Assembly: GCA_028534125.1 (NCBI GenBank)
Contig: CM052817.1
Coordinates: 27,964,024-28,028,000 of the forward strand
DNA from: Lama glama
Lineage: Eukaryota
DNA length: 63,977 nt
Direction: 5' to 3'
How positions within the stretch are numbered: position 1 is the stretch's first letter; every line of letters begins with the position of its first letter. This document shows, piece after piece, positions 43,115 to 56,893 of this stretch. The notes beneath the pieces were generated by a model. That model ran no database searches. It was not told the origin of the DNA and saw only the letters and a program-made list of their open reading frames with translations. The position numbers and the translations under genes were made by a program.

Positions 43115-43242
43115 CCAATTTATGAAGTATGCTTGAGTAAATTTCACCACTTCTAATGTAACCAACAAACTGATAGGAATGAGATTGTTGAACAGGATGA
43201 TGAAGGTCAAGAAATTCAGTCCAAAATTATTAGCACCACCAT
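43115..43242 (-). CDS. ATP8A1: ATP8A1 exon 12 (128 nt): (Y)[42 protein letters not shown], includes TM4
   Basis: aacag|ATGGTGGT...AATTGG|gtaaat; PISL motif typical of P4-ATPase TM4. Confidence 0.97.
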
Positions 43243-44510
43243 CTGTTGGGGGAGGTAGGAATAAAATCATTTACAGTTTCATATTTTATTTGCATTGGCC
43301 AGAACTTCAGTATAACAAGAACTTTCCATACTACATAGTTAAGTCTAGAAAGTTTGGGAGGAACACTGTGCTGATAACATATTCCTATTTTCAAGTACAT
43401 TCTCCAAGATGGAATAGCATTATTTGTGCTACAAATGTTGTTAATTCTATTGACTGCATAATGGCACTAAAAAGTGAAAGTACTAACAAATATTTCAAAC
43501 CTGTTCCAAACATGAAGTTTAGAGATTTTAGAGATAGGACTGATGGTCTACAGATGTAAAATATCAACTGGGTAGAATCACTTTTATATTAATTTTTGAA
43601 AAACATTTCCAATTTAAACTATGTCTTAAAAGCAAACAAAACAATGGCAGCAAAACCAACACAAATAGCAAAAACAACAACAGGGCTGAACCCTAGGTAA
43701 ATTTAGCCAGAGGTAAATTATATTCTTCCTCTTTAATAATGTAACTAAAACCGCTATCCCAGATAAACTGTAAAGTATACGAAGAAACAAAAGGATGGCA
43801 GTCTTAACAATGCTGAATTGAAATGTTCAATGTTGAACAGCAAAACAATGACTGTTAATATAAAAAAAAAACCCTGGAATAACTGCAAAGCTAAAGCACT
43901 AAAATTAAAATACAACTGAAAAAATCAATTTTGCTATAAAACTTCACTAGAATTTGCTTCTGTACTCTTGGAAATTAAGTATTTATTGGTTTAGTGCTCA
44001 TCAAAAGGAAGTATAAACTTATTTCCCAGAAATACTCAGTAATAAGATAAATGTTCCAAAAGGAAATTATTTAACAGCACTTTCCCTAAGACAAGACTGT
44101 TAACACAGAATACACAGCATTCACGAGTTCAAATGAAAGTACATCCAATTTAAACATTTTAGCAACATGTAAAATAGTTTTAGGTTCTTCAAATATAAGT
44201 ATTAAACCTGCTTTCTTTACCAGATAGCTATACAACTAGTGTGTTAAAATATTTTAAAAGAATAAATTAACAAAATTAAAATAACATTAATAACATTTTA
44301 TACTACTTTGGTGTGCTCATTGTATTTTTAGGGATTCTAACATTTTACTTTCTTTTACAGGAAATTACATCAAAAAATAAAGTTTAAATGCCCAGTTATC
44401 TTGGCAACAAGGTTTTCTTTTCAGAAACAGGAAATTCCAAGATCAGTTGTGAAACAAATATGTGTTTTAATGGAAGAAGAAATAAGTATAATAAGCACTT
44501 TAATGCTCAC

Positions 44511-44676
44511 AGTTTAGATTGAGATACCAGTCCTTTCCAGAATGCCTTCGATTCCAAATGGCTGAGCCCACAGAACAGACAAGAGACATGGCAATCAAGA
44601 TACAAAATAAAATCAAAATTTGTACATTTGTAATCCGTTCTACATTTGAGAGTTTAAGTGGTGGACTTGTTGAATT
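44511..44676 (-). CDS. ATP8A1: ATP8A1 exon 11 (166 nt): [55 protein letters not shown], includes TM3
   Basis: ttacag|AATTCAACA...CTAAACT|gtgagc; translated by hand, phase 0 to 1. Confidence 0.96.
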
Positions 44677-46015
44677 CTGTAAAAAGAAACAAAAGATGAC
44701 TAATAAGACAAGTGTTCAAATGATTTAGTAATGTATATCCAGTATTTTGGTGATGATAACAAAGTAACTCACAACTCAAAATCTAGACATGAGTCAAGAC
44801 ATGAAAATTATATGGAAAATAATCACAGACGTAAAAGCTGTCAAAGGTTAACCACTTCTTTTTCTAAAGGCCACTATACCACCCAATCCTTTTTCTAGGA
44901 TGTAAAACAATAAGAAAGAAGGAAATACTATTCCTTTTATAGACATAGCTTTTGCGTTGTGGCAGGTAAGATGAACAATGCATTTATTACTAGACTACGT
45001 AAGCAAACAGGGTAGATTAAAGAAAGCATCCAGTATCTCAGCTCCAGAAGAGAGGCAGAGAAGGTGACCTGGGCACCCACAGCCAGAGACCTGGAAATTC
45101 CAAACTATGAAGGCAACCTTTCCGGGATCTCTTGTTTCCAGATTTCTGGTGACATTTTGTATTTGTTTTACTAAACACAGCAGCAGTCTAAGTAGTGCTG
45201 GCTATAAAGAATAGGAGTCTACTCATCTGTATTTAATGATAAAAATGATTATGCCAGATCTGCGCTAACCAAGGCATCCACAGGACAGGAAATTCAATGT
45301 CAAAGTCAATATAAAATGATAATTCAGAGAATTCATAGAACAGTTAGGGATGGCATCATTAACAGCATTCCCTCTTGCCCGCTGAAAACATCTCTGTGCC
45401 CTTACAAGGTACAAAGTTATCAGCCCTTAAAGGATATTTTCATTTAGTATGTCAAAACTGAGTTTCCCATACCCATCTAGTCCCCTGAATACTCATATTA
45501 TAATGTAGAGAAGAGAAATCCATAAACTTGTGTTAACATTACAAGTGCTAGGATTAAAGGTGATTAAAAATGGCTTAACATAAAAATACTAAAAAACAGT
45601 CAACATTCGACTCACAAGGTTTTCTTTTATTTTTATGAGAAAAAAATAAGGTCTAAAATTTGATCATCGTATTAAAATAAAATGATGGGACAAATACTTT
45701 AATGCAGAGCATTCATCGTTACACAACTTGTATGAATTACTGCAATAGTCAATGAATGCTGCCTGGTACATAAAATGATTGGGTCTCTCATGCATTGGTG
45801 ATTTCTGGTGGAACTTTCTAGAGTTTTTGCATGAAGTGAGCCATTTCACAGCCCCACTCACCAAAGAATGAGATTCTGGATGTAGAGTGTGGGCTCAAGA
45901 ATCTGTGACAGATGGTCTGCTATGTTTGGGACTATAGCACTGACAGCTACAAATAGCACATTTTCAAAAGACTTAGGTCCAAAAGGTGTTTATAGATAAA
46001 AAAAAAAAATCCCAC

Positions 46016-46127
46016 CTGCATCAGCTTGGTGTCATGTCCAGTGTAGACAACTATTCCATGAACCCACTGTGTATTCCTCAACTGAGCGCCTCGAAGAAGC
46101 AGCTGATCTGCTCCCAGGGGAACAGTG
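46016..46127 (-). CDS. ATP8A1: ATP8A1 exon 10 (112 nt): (S)[37 protein letters not shown]
   Basis: catag|CACTGTT...ATGCAG|gtggga; LLRG..LRNT and YTGHDTK motifs. Confidence 0.97.
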
Positions 46128-48544
46128 CTATGACAGATTATGTTGACATTAGAAACGACATTTTCTAAAATGCTTACGAATTTTACAGCCACTATAGAGT
46201 TCCAAGAAAGGTTCTGTTATGAAAATAACCCTTCTCGCATTTACTTTATTTTTAGGAAAGAAGTAATTTTCCCACCTATAAGAATAATTTTCTTACACAA
46301 GGACAGCTGGAGGGAAGCGTGCCAGCTGTTCCTCCCTAGCACCAAACCAGCCATTTCCTACAACTTCATTATCCGAGATGGTAGGTAACGTTAGGGAATT
46401 CAGGGGCCAATTCTCAAACCTGTTGAAGACTTTACTGATGCAGTAAAGCCCACTTAGGTTTCTGAAATGTCTGGAAGTGGTGAGATTAGGGGATCTGTCC
46501 CCCTTCCTCCACCTTCCTTTAAATTAAAATTAGCTTTGTGCGTAAGAAATGTTCAAAAAAAATACATGAGGTAAGGTAAATACACAGATCTCATCATAAC
46601 ACTTAGATTGCCCTCTCTGCCTCCAGAGATTAAGTCTCTGTATTAAGATCTCTAGGACATGCATTTTATTGCATTTGAAAATCAGTTTTCCAAGAACTGC
46701 AAGTACATCTCCAGTAAATGGTAAGCATATAAAAGTCTTAAACACTCCTCTGAAATGACAGCAAATGGAGGCGCTCCAACCCATATAATTTGAACCACAT
46801 TTTTCAAGGGTCAAGCTGGGTCTTTTGTGGGTTTTTTGGAAGGCTGCCCCCTATGGTAGGTTGTGGGTTGATACAGCCTCTCATAGAGCCATCAGACGAG
46901 TACAAGCTATCACCAAATACGGCGGGGTTCCCAAAATGTAATGTACTACACAAAATTTAATGGCTCAGAGATTCCCAGTACTACTTCTTCATTTTACTGA
47001 TTTTAAAAAAAGCAAAAAAAAAAAAAGTCAAGTATAAAGAAAAATTCATTAAAAAACTTTCAGAGAAAAGGAAGAAATTCCCCACAAAGAAGTCTCCAGA
47101 AACAATTTCTTTGTCAGAGGAGGCACACCAAGACCGAAGCTGTCACTGCTGGTGTCCAGTAGGTGTCCACGGCCAGTAGTAGCTTGGGATTGTGACCTTC
47201 TTTTATGAACAATACAAATGTCACCGGCTCAGAATGATGGCACCGGAAGACTTCCACGAAGTGAGTAAATCCTTAGGAATGAGTGTATTCCCATTTAGGA
47301 AGAGAACACAGCAACTGAAACTCTCATTGCTTATGCACAACAACATGCCTTTCAGATCCATCCAGAAGGGAACCTCTCTAGCACATGTCTCAAGATTTGG
47401 GGTGCACTTCAGAGATGGGAGGGGTCCTCAGGCCTAAAGCAAGTTTTCAAGAAGTTCTTGGGATGCTGCTGGATTATGATCTGGGGCACACATGTGCCAA
47501 CCATTTCTTATGTGTCCAATGGGGTATAATGTGGCAACGGTCACCTCAGCGTTAGTGGTGTGGATTATTGGAATTAGAGACAAACTCTTCAAAAGCAAAA
47601 AATACGACTTTTTAATTACAAGGACTCAATGAGAATTAGTTATTAGTTTTCATCAGAGTTGGAATTTCAAAGCTTCTGGCATCAGACAATGACCCTCATT
47701 CTTAAAGAAAAGCAGACTCATTCCAAACTAAGGGGCTCCAAGAGCACTGGATAATTACTGTAAACGTCAAGTGTGCTACAGGCACAAAGGTACTGCAAAT
47801 GTTTCCACCTTTCATATAAATTGAAGCATATTATATAAATTCTATCTGTACCCTAAATCTTGGCACCGTCACACAAAGTTTCTCCTTCACTGTGTGGATT
47901 TGCTTGGCGTTGGTTTGATGGGGGAACCGATAAGAAATGGAAGCTGGCCAGTTAGATATGTCAGACCACAGAAACATTACTTGTATAAACGGCCAAATCT
48001 ATCAATAGTCTATAACCATATGTTCATGGAAAGATCACTCTGTGAAAAATTTAGAGCAGTATATAATTTCTTCAAAAATTACAGGAAGACTTTTGGTGGA
48101 TCTGAATGAGGATGATAGTGCAGGGTATTCAAGTGTCCTTTAGAATTTAAATACCATAATAAAGGAATTACAAATAATGAAAGCACTGGTAATCTCTCAG
48201 GCTGGTAGATTGAACTAGTAAATTTAACTGCATTTAGTTGGCCACTACAAGTGCCTAGTAGAGGAGAAGGGAGGCAGGGCAGACCCCACGTTTCCTGTCA
48301 AGTTCTGCCCCATTTCTTTGCTCCCCTTTGTAACAAAACTCCTTGAAAAAGTTCTCTATTTTTCAACTCTTCTGTTATCCCAGACTCACTCTCCTTAGGC
48401 TCCACCTGTCCCAACAGAGATCAAGGCTCTCCACTTGCTAAATCCAAATCAAACACACTGTAATTGACTTCATTGTACTTGACCATAAGCAACATCTGAC
48501 CCACTTAGTCACTCGCTCTGCCTTGGTATGATTTCCTCTTTTTC

Positions 48545-48830
48545 TGTGTGTGTATATGTGTGTGCATGCGTGTGTATGTGTGTGTATATATATATATAAA
48601 AATTGAAATATAGTCAGTTTACAATGTTGTGTCAATTTCTGGTGTATAGCATAATACTTTAGTCATACTCATGACATACATATATTTGTTTTCCTATCTT
48701 TTCCACAAGTTACTACAAGATATTGATTATAGTTCCCTGTGCTATACAGTGTGAATTGTTGTTCACCTATTGTATATATATTAGTTAATATCTGCAAATC
48801 TTGAACTCCCAGTGTATCCCCTCCCACCCA
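48545..48830 (-). mobile_element. L1 3' end, same family as 41057-41329, with tail decayed to (TG)/(TA) repeats
   Basis: Shares motifs ttgaaatatagtcagtttacaatg, tagttccctgtgctatacag and aactcccag with the 41057 copy. Confidence 0.8.
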
Positions 48831-49162
48831 GGAAAGGACTCAAGCCATGGGGACTGACAGTTAAACCTATAAGATAAATATTTTGGCCAAAGAATAAGCC
48901 ACTAAACAATGTGCCTGAAGCCTGGACTATACATGAAAATATCCAACTCACAGGCTGGCAGGAACCCTGGGGAAGTCTTCAGCTATACCATGTGCACAGG
49001 GTTAAGAGCATTCTCATAAAAGAACCCTGGGTAGAATACAGAAATGCTTAAGAAAGAGGTTTTGAGCCATCGAACTAAGAGTACAAGAAAATATCCACCC
49101 AGGTCAGCAATACAGTGCAGCACAGTAACGTGTGTGGTTTTATGAAGACCAGTTTTACATAC

Positions 49163-49290
49163 CTGTGTCCGTCAAGCCTTATGTTTCCAACAAAATCATA
49201 GAGATGTCTGTTTGGACTTTCACACTCAATTCTGCCAGAAATTCTCATCAAACTGTCAATGTCTTTTATATCAGATGTTGCTGGTAAGCC
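49163..49290 (-). CDS. ATP8A1: ATP8A1 exon 9 (128 nt): GLPATSDIKDIDSLMRISGRIECESPNRHLYDFVGNIRLDGH+AG
   Basis: aaacag|GGCTTACCA...GGACACAG|gtatgt; translated by hand, phase 0 to 2. Confidence 0.96.
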
Positions 49291-50326
49291 CTGTTTAGAA
49301 ATTTATAAATAAGCAAGAGTAGATTAAGTGAGTTGTGTGTGGGAGGCAGTGGGGAATTCTAAACTCATCCACACCTTAAGATCTAAGAGATCCTATTATT
49401 TGATAAGCAATTATTCTCCACTGTACAACACTCTGTCAAATCATAAGGAGGAGATACCTTCCTCTCCACTTGGACATAGGCTTTTAGCATAAGAATAGGG
49501 CATCTTTCGTGAGAGTCCTAAAATATCTTAAAGAGACTATAAACTAGCCTGTAAAGGTATTTTGAAATAGGTCTGCAAGAACTGTTTGTTTCCAAAAATA
49601 AAACTGATATTTAGCATTATACAGTCTAAATCTGTCTGCTGAATCTCCAAAAGGGAATGCACAATAAATAGAACCTATTCCCAAAGAGAGGAGTTACGTT
49701 TTTGTTCTTCTATTCCTCAGGAAAGGAAACCTCCGAGACAGCTCCAGCTGGAAGTGGCTGGAGTGGAACAGCCCCAACTCCCTGGGGCAGTCTGAGGTCA
49801 GGGCCTGTGATGACGACCTACTTCGACCACAGTCCAACCTTCCCAAGTGTCATTTCCACTATTTGACTAGAACCCAGAAGAATACATTTTTAGAAGTCCC
49901 TTTTAAAACTTTAAAAATAAAAACCTTACAGTTGCTTTCTGTTATGGATAGTATGAGAAGTAAATGTAGAAATCTAACCTATTCCCCAAGATCATGAGAC
50001 TTTTAGAATAGCAATGGAAACAACATTTTTTCAACATGGCGAAGACAGATAATTGGGCCAGGTGAAAACGGGAAACAAGCTAACACATGTGAAAGCATGT
50101 AGGGCTACCAATATCATCAGGGTGTTGGCTACTACATAAAATATTAAAAATACTACAAAATAGTGTCTATATGATGGACCATATTTAATCAGGCAAGTAA
50201 AACTGGGTTTTCCACAATATATAACTAGACCAGTTTGTAAAACCACTCCACAGTGGCTCAGTGAGAAAATATTTGCAATTGGATGGAATTGCCTCAACCC
50301 AAGACAATACTACTAAGAAATAAAGC

Positions 50327-50833
50327 TGTAAGATTCCTCAAAATGTATCACTTTTGCTTGAGGATTATTTTGAGCAAAAGGCAATGGAGATCCTGCAGGT
50401 TCAAGAGAAACTACTGCCCCTCTGTTAATTCCCTAGAAGAATTTAAATTAGGGATTTTCTGCAGAAGAGAGTTACGACTAGGGATACACTTAAGTGCTGT
50501 CTGGACCCATCCATATGGCAGGGCAAATATCGAATTACCAAACATCTGCTCTCCTTCTTATCATCTTGTGAACGACCCTCCTGTCCTTGGAAGTCCTGGG
50601 TCCCTATCCAATTCCTTGGCTCAGGATGGCATGCACACCTCCTTGTACCTTTCTGTCTGTGAACCTCGCAGGTGTGTGTGTGGGGGGGTCTCTGACCCTC
50701 TCATGTATGTGGAGTTCTCATATGTATGAAATTAAATTTGATTTTTTCCTATTAATCTGACTCATGTCAATATAATTCTTAGACCAACCAGAAGAACCTA
50801 AGACGAACAGAGGAAAGTTTTCTGCCCCCTGCA
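50327..50833 (+). mobile_element. ERV1-class solo LTR (MER34/MER39-like)
   Basis: TG...CA termini, 4-bp TSD aagc (50323-50326 and 50834-50837); internal gaggattattttgagc and terminal agaggaaagttttctgccccctgca resemble this family. Confidence 0.8.
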
Positions 50834-50886
50834 AAGCTTTGTCATAGAGAACAGCCATAATTATATAAACCTAGGTTAGATCTTAC

Positions 50887-50956
50887 CTGCCTAATTTTCA
50901 GGTTTGTTTCCCCATCTAAGTTGGATGTTTCAATGTAGCACATGGCCTGGGGCTCA
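50887..50956 (-). CDS. ATP8A1: ATP8A1 exon 8 (70 nt): (S)[23 protein letters not shown]
   Basis: acag|TGAGCCC...AGGCAG|gtaaga; carries the P4-ATPase DGET actuator motif. Confidence 0.97.
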
Positions 50957-53547
50957 CTGTTGTTTAAAATTGAAAAGCACAAAGACTTAGTGGAGGAAGG
51001 AAAGCATAATAACTTATTTAAATGCTCAGACTCACTGAAGCCTTTCATTCTAAACAAAGTCGCCTAGTTTCTTGATGACTTTCATTCTAACCACAAAATG
51101 CTGTGAGGCAGAGCTCATGCATGACAACTCACAGATCAGCTGTTCAGCCAGAAGGACCCCAAAGCAATTTCCTGACAACAATCAGTACTGAGCTCCAAGG
51201 TAATGTAAATAATTAGATTTGTCACATTATACTTAAATTGTTCATCCACACAGACATGACACAGACTGTATCTGAAATGTAAAGCAGTTTTGTGTCCAGA
51301 TATATCTTTAGCTCAAAAATATCAAAGGAGATTTCATGCTCATAGCCCACATGTAAATTGATTAAGGAGAGTGGTTGATTAGAAAATTCCAGATTGTTGC
51401 TTCTGCAGACTTGCATTTACATCTTTAGGTTGTATCGTATTGCATCTTTAAAAAAGATGAAAAGGATCCTATGAATAATTATATTTAAATTTTAAGGCTA
51501 CTTTAAAAAGCTGTGTGAACAGATTTTACAATGAAAGTGGATGTACACTTTCTTCCCCCTATTTTTTCTGTTGTATTAAAGTTGCTTCAGAGATTTGTGT
51601 GGCAGGAAAAGCTAAAACTAAAATTAGCCAACTTGGCTATATTGCTTCTTGTCCTGAACCTTGAAGATCCACTCTATGGGTGCCCCGCTACAGTGTTTTA
51701 GTCAAGTTTCATGCACAGTGGCTGGTGTCAGGGGCCAGTGTGCTCCAGTGTTATCACAGGTACACACACCTGACTGTATATAACCTGCCCCTTCACATGC
51801 TGACTTGACTTGCTCAGCAATTACAGACAGCCCAACTGTATAACCTGATCCTCAGCTATAAGGAAAAGCATTCTGAAGTTAAATCAAACTTACTGGCATT
51901 TGCTTATATAAAAAGCCCAATTAATTAATATCATATAAGTAACTACAAATGTAATTTCTGATAAGCAGATGTACTCAAAGTTAGAAAGAAACAAATTTCT
52001 AAGTCACAAACACCTGGAATTTTCTAATCAGCTTCCAATTTGTACATGTGTAAAGCAGACTATTCTGAGTTTCAGACCTGAGCACATAGCTTAGTTGTGA
52101 CCTGAAGATTTGTGGAAAGTACTGAAACACACGATCGTTAATCAAATATTTTACAGATTCATTTTAAAGTAACTTCGCAAGTTCTTCAATTTCTCTATGG
52201 GCTTTTTTTTTTTTCTTTCTGTAAAGGCTGATACTTTTTCCCAACTGGTGAAGTTTTTCATTATTTATATTTTCACTCTAGCAATTAATTAAAGTTCCAT
52301 TTTTTATTACTGTCACAATAGTAATTTGGTCCTGGCAACTGTTACCAGTTTGTAATTTACTCATGTACATAATTGAAATAAAAAAAGTTTATAAAATCAC
52401 AAAACACATCTTCTGATAATACAGAAGTATGATGACAAACAAATGCTAAATGAACAAGGCCAATTCCATATTTTGGCAGTAAAATGCATTAAATTTCTAC
52501 TGATCAATAAAACCAAAGCCATTCTCATACCAAAATGAGAAAAATATTCTAATTCTATTCCTATCTTTTTTTTTCATTAAACAATTTTTCTAGGATTTTA
52601 AATGGCTAGGAAGTTAGAAAGTTAAATGGCTGGCTCCTATTTGAAGTCGGGCAAATAAAATATGCATCGAAATTCAGAACATTCTTAATCCCTTAAGACA
52701 ACTGTTACTGAAGCAGTTCTTAACAATGCTATGAAAAGGCAGCAAGAAGTCTCAGTTAAGGGATCATGCTAGATACGTATTTCAGCAAATTACGATGACA
52801 TCCAAAACACAAACTACAGAGGGGCAAAGCAGGCTTTTTGGTTAGTAGGTAGAAAAACGAAACAAGATGCATACCACAATACAGACACTAGGAGACAGCT
52901 GAAATTTATCACAGTGACGTGCGCTTTGTCACTAGTTACAAGTGGGATAAAAACTGATCCCAAAGCATGCGGTACCAAATGTACAACATCCAGCTTTGTG
53001 CAGGGGTCCTCTGTAAACCCTATACAAGCCCACATTTTAGTCATAACTGCTGAAGGGATTCTCTAGAACTCATAGAAAATTTCAAATGTAAGACAAATGT
53101 TTAAAATTGTAAAATCTGCTCAGTAATTGTCTTTCATGTAAATCTTAACACTGTTGAAAACAGTATTTTGGAGAGGTAATAAATTAAGCCTTAGTAATTA
53201 GGCATGTTTCAAAATATGAATATATATTAAAAACAAATATGAATATATATTAATGATGATTTAATAGTAAATTGAAATCTACCTTTACTGGCATGTCTCA
53301 TGGACTCCGACTCCTATTAATAGCAATAGGAGCTGAATTTGCCCACTTGATGGACGAACATCATCCAACAATGTATTCACATAAAAGGCCTTTACAACAT
53401 CTGTGAAACGTCCATCACCAAGAAGTATAAAGAGTTTGTGTTTTAAAGGAAGAGATCCAGAACTCAACCATCTTTGGGTGCAAACTGCTCTCTGGTGTAG
53501 GGTGAGGATCCACATACACACATCCTGTACAACTCAGTGGTTCTAAC

Positions 53548-53621
53548 CTTGAGGACAGGCTGATGAGATCTGCTGGGAGATGCTCCCCATTGGTCACTTT
53601 CACTATTTCCCCTACTGCCAC
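53548..53621 (-). CDS. ATP8A1: ATP8A1 exon 7b (alternative, 74 nt): VAVGEIVKVTNGEHLPADLISLSS+AG
   Basis: ctgtag|GTGGCA...TCCTCAAG|gttaga; matches the ATP8A1 actuator domain as recalled; ends in phase 2, which joins exon 8. Confidence 0.96.
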
Positions 53622-56600
53622 CTACAGGTCCCAGTTTAAAATAATTAAAACGAAAAAAAAATGAATAACAGAGGAAAAAAACAAACAAATGGACAAAAGA
53701 GACAGAAAGTTTGAAATTATTATAGAAAATAACATGTTAATAAAAATGTCTAATGCCAATTTTTTCAAAACTTATTTTGATCAGGTCTAAAGGCACAAGA
53801 AAATGGAATAATTAAGAATCATTTGTTTATAAGCCCAATTTTCAATTTTTAAGGCAGAAACTTTTCATTTCTGAAATTTTACTTACACACATATTTTAGC
53901 AAATTAAATAAAAACATATTTTTATAGAGAGAGCTACTTCATCTTAATTTTTCTTTCTCCAAATCCTCACTCTCCTGTTTGAAACTGTCACCTACTGCAT
54001 GTCCACTCCTACCCAAGAGGAAAAGAAATAATGGTGGAAACTACTTTTCAGGCTTCTGAGGCTTTTGAAAAACAAAATATACTACACTATTTCTCCCCCT
54101 ACACAACATACTACAAAAAAAACTTTGTTAAAATTTCCTGATTCCAAAACATTTTCAAAGTTAATTGCATAAATGTCAACTTTAACGTAAAGCTGCAATG
54201 ACATGGGTTGTGGGAAGTTAGAAGTCATTATGACTTCTTTTCGAATTATTTTAATAATAAAGTGTTGGTAATGCATTGTTTTTTGGGGAGTAAGCCTTTG
54301 AATTTAGGAGAAATTTTTCAGGGAAAGTATGAAATAGATATGTCAAGAACCTGTCTGAAATTGAATGAATAGCTTGAGTTATTTTACTGTATTTAAACTT
54401 TCTAAACCCATATATGTGCTTTTTGTTATTTTTCTAAAATTTCAGTTTTTCATTTCAATATGAAAATCGATTAAACATAATAACTGTGAACTATGTTCAT
54501 GCTTTAATTTCAAACTACCTGAAAGACGATGTACTATTAGTAATTAATAATTTAAGAATATTTAGAAATTAAAATATTATAAACTGTTGTTTATGCTTTT
54601 TTGCTAAGTGGTGCAAACCTGTCGGTGAAAATCACCATGTCCTTATTTTGACAGCGGACAGTGTAGTATAATGAAGATATTAAATCAGGAGCTAGGTATT
54701 CTAGCCTTGGCCTAGTCACTGGCTAAAGCTAAATGACTGAAAATAAGACTTAAAGTCAAAATTCCTCTTTCTATTCAATGATGGCAAAAGCTTCTACCTA
54801 CTTCTTAAGACGTAGATTCAAAACAGCCAAGTAATGCAAAAGCCCTTTGAGAAAAAAACCAAAAACCAAAACAAAACAAAGCAAAAAACCCACCAAAAAC
54901 AAAAAAAAAACAAAAAAAACCCCCAAAACCCTGAAAGGTGGTATTTTGCCACTTGGATAGAAATACTTAGCAGCACAAGCTTTACACTTTACTTTGATTC
55001 TTCTAAGCAACAAAAATCGGTGAATCAGATAATCTTTTAAAAAATAATCATCTTTGAAAGACGTAAATTATGGTGGATGCCATATTAAGATATAGAAACT
55101 ATTCTGATCTACCAATATTGACAGCCAGCAGTAAATGTTTTTCATGCTGAGAAAATAAATCTTGTAGAAATACTCTCAAGTTTAAGAGCTCACTGGGAGT
55201 CCAGATTGGATATAGGCAGATGAAGAATATTTTGAAAACTTTCGACTGAGAATTAAATATAAATTAGGGCCATCTAGTCAATTATCTTCATATTTCTGAG
55301 CAAACAAAAAATGAAAATTGTAATGAATGGTTCAGCATATGGCGGCGTCTATGATAAGTTTAATCAGGAAAACATTAATACTTTCTTAAATTGCTGGAAT
55401 GCTTGACTATGTTATATGACATTCCGATGGTCAAACATTCATTACATTTATCAAACTTTTACTTAAAACCACCAAGTACACATCCTTCGGTTGGTTAATC
55501 GTTCTTAAAACTTAAATGAAAGATTAAGGATTTAAACAGAAAGGAGAATCGGGGAACATTAGAGTTCGATCATTTAATCCATTTTCCTCACTTTAAAAGA
55601 TGTGAAGTCAAGGCCTGAGAGATTAAGTACTTCCTTTAAAATCACCAAGACGGGATAAGAATCCTGGCTTTTGCCTCCTAAGAAGAGCTCTCTCTAGTAC
55701 TTGACACTAGACAGTAAGTTCACTATTCAACTCCTTCTCACACAGACCATTGCCTTCACCCTTCAGTTTTAGAGACTCACCCTGATAAAGCTAGAAGCAA
55801 AGGAAACAGCAGAAAGATTGGTTTAAAAATCTATTAATTTTAATCTTTCTGAAAAAAAAAACCTATAGGTAAGTGGCACAAAAGCTCCCAAATATAAAAT
55901 ACAGAAATATACCTATAGTTACTTGAACTACCTGTAGGCTTACTTCTATAAATATCTGAATAATTTGCTTACCTAAGTTTCACTAACGTGTCGCAATTCA
56001 TCACTTTAAATAATGACCTGATTAAACAGATTTTGAAAAAAGGACACTGTCCATATTTAAATGTGGATTTTACATATAAAACTGTCCAAGGAAATGATGA
56101 TAAACAATCTCTAAAATATTAAAAATATTTTTCTTAATTTTTATTAGGACTAGTTTTACAGTTTTTAAATGTAAAGCCACTTGAAAACCATATTCTTTAA
56201 AGGGTAACAGTCCCATATGTTCTGAATACTAATTCATGACTATCTTAAATATGAGTAAAACAAAAATTATCTAAATTCAGTAATGGGAAAAACGTAAAAG
56301 AAAGAGCAAAGTGCTTTAATTTTTTGTTGGAAGGTGTAACATTCCAAAAGATATGATGACAAAAAGAAATCATTTAACCATTTTCTTGTACCAATGTACC
56401 ATAAAGATCAAGAAACTCTGGAGAGACATACAAATGCATCATAAAGAAATTTGTCATGAACAAGGATTGTAAGATAAAATCAACAGAACCCAATCCATGT
56501 ATTATATAAAATAAATGATAGGAAATCTTACAGGAGTTAGTAGTCTACACCAGTAGATATGGACATATCCAGAGGGAGGGTAGACTCTTAATTGTAATTA

Positions 56601-56819
56601 TAATTTCTGAATTATAATTGTAGAACCTATCACTTATTCTATATGACAAACATGAAAGAGTCCTTTAAGTCCAATCAATTTTTTTATTGCTTAATTCAAA
56701 ATCATTAGAGAGGCTTAAAATTCTTCGTTTATTCCTTATTTCCTTGGAAGAACCACAAGGTCAATGCAGGATAGAGAAACCATCCTCTACACTGTTTGAG
56801 CATCAGCAGGTATCTCTAC

Positions 56820-56893
56820 CTTGATGAGAGAAGTACAGTGTCAGCAGGTATATACTCTTTGCCTTTTATTATAACTATATCTCCAACATTTAC
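56820..56893 (-). CDS. ATP8A1: ATP8A1 exon 7a (alternative, 74 nt): VNVGDIVIIKGKEYIPADTVLLSS+AG
   Basis: Minus strand reads ctttcag|GTAAATGTTGGAGAT...CTCTCATCAAG|gtagag. Same length and phase (0 to 2) as exon 7b and a paralogous peptide. Not in the ORF track. Confidence 0.92.
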
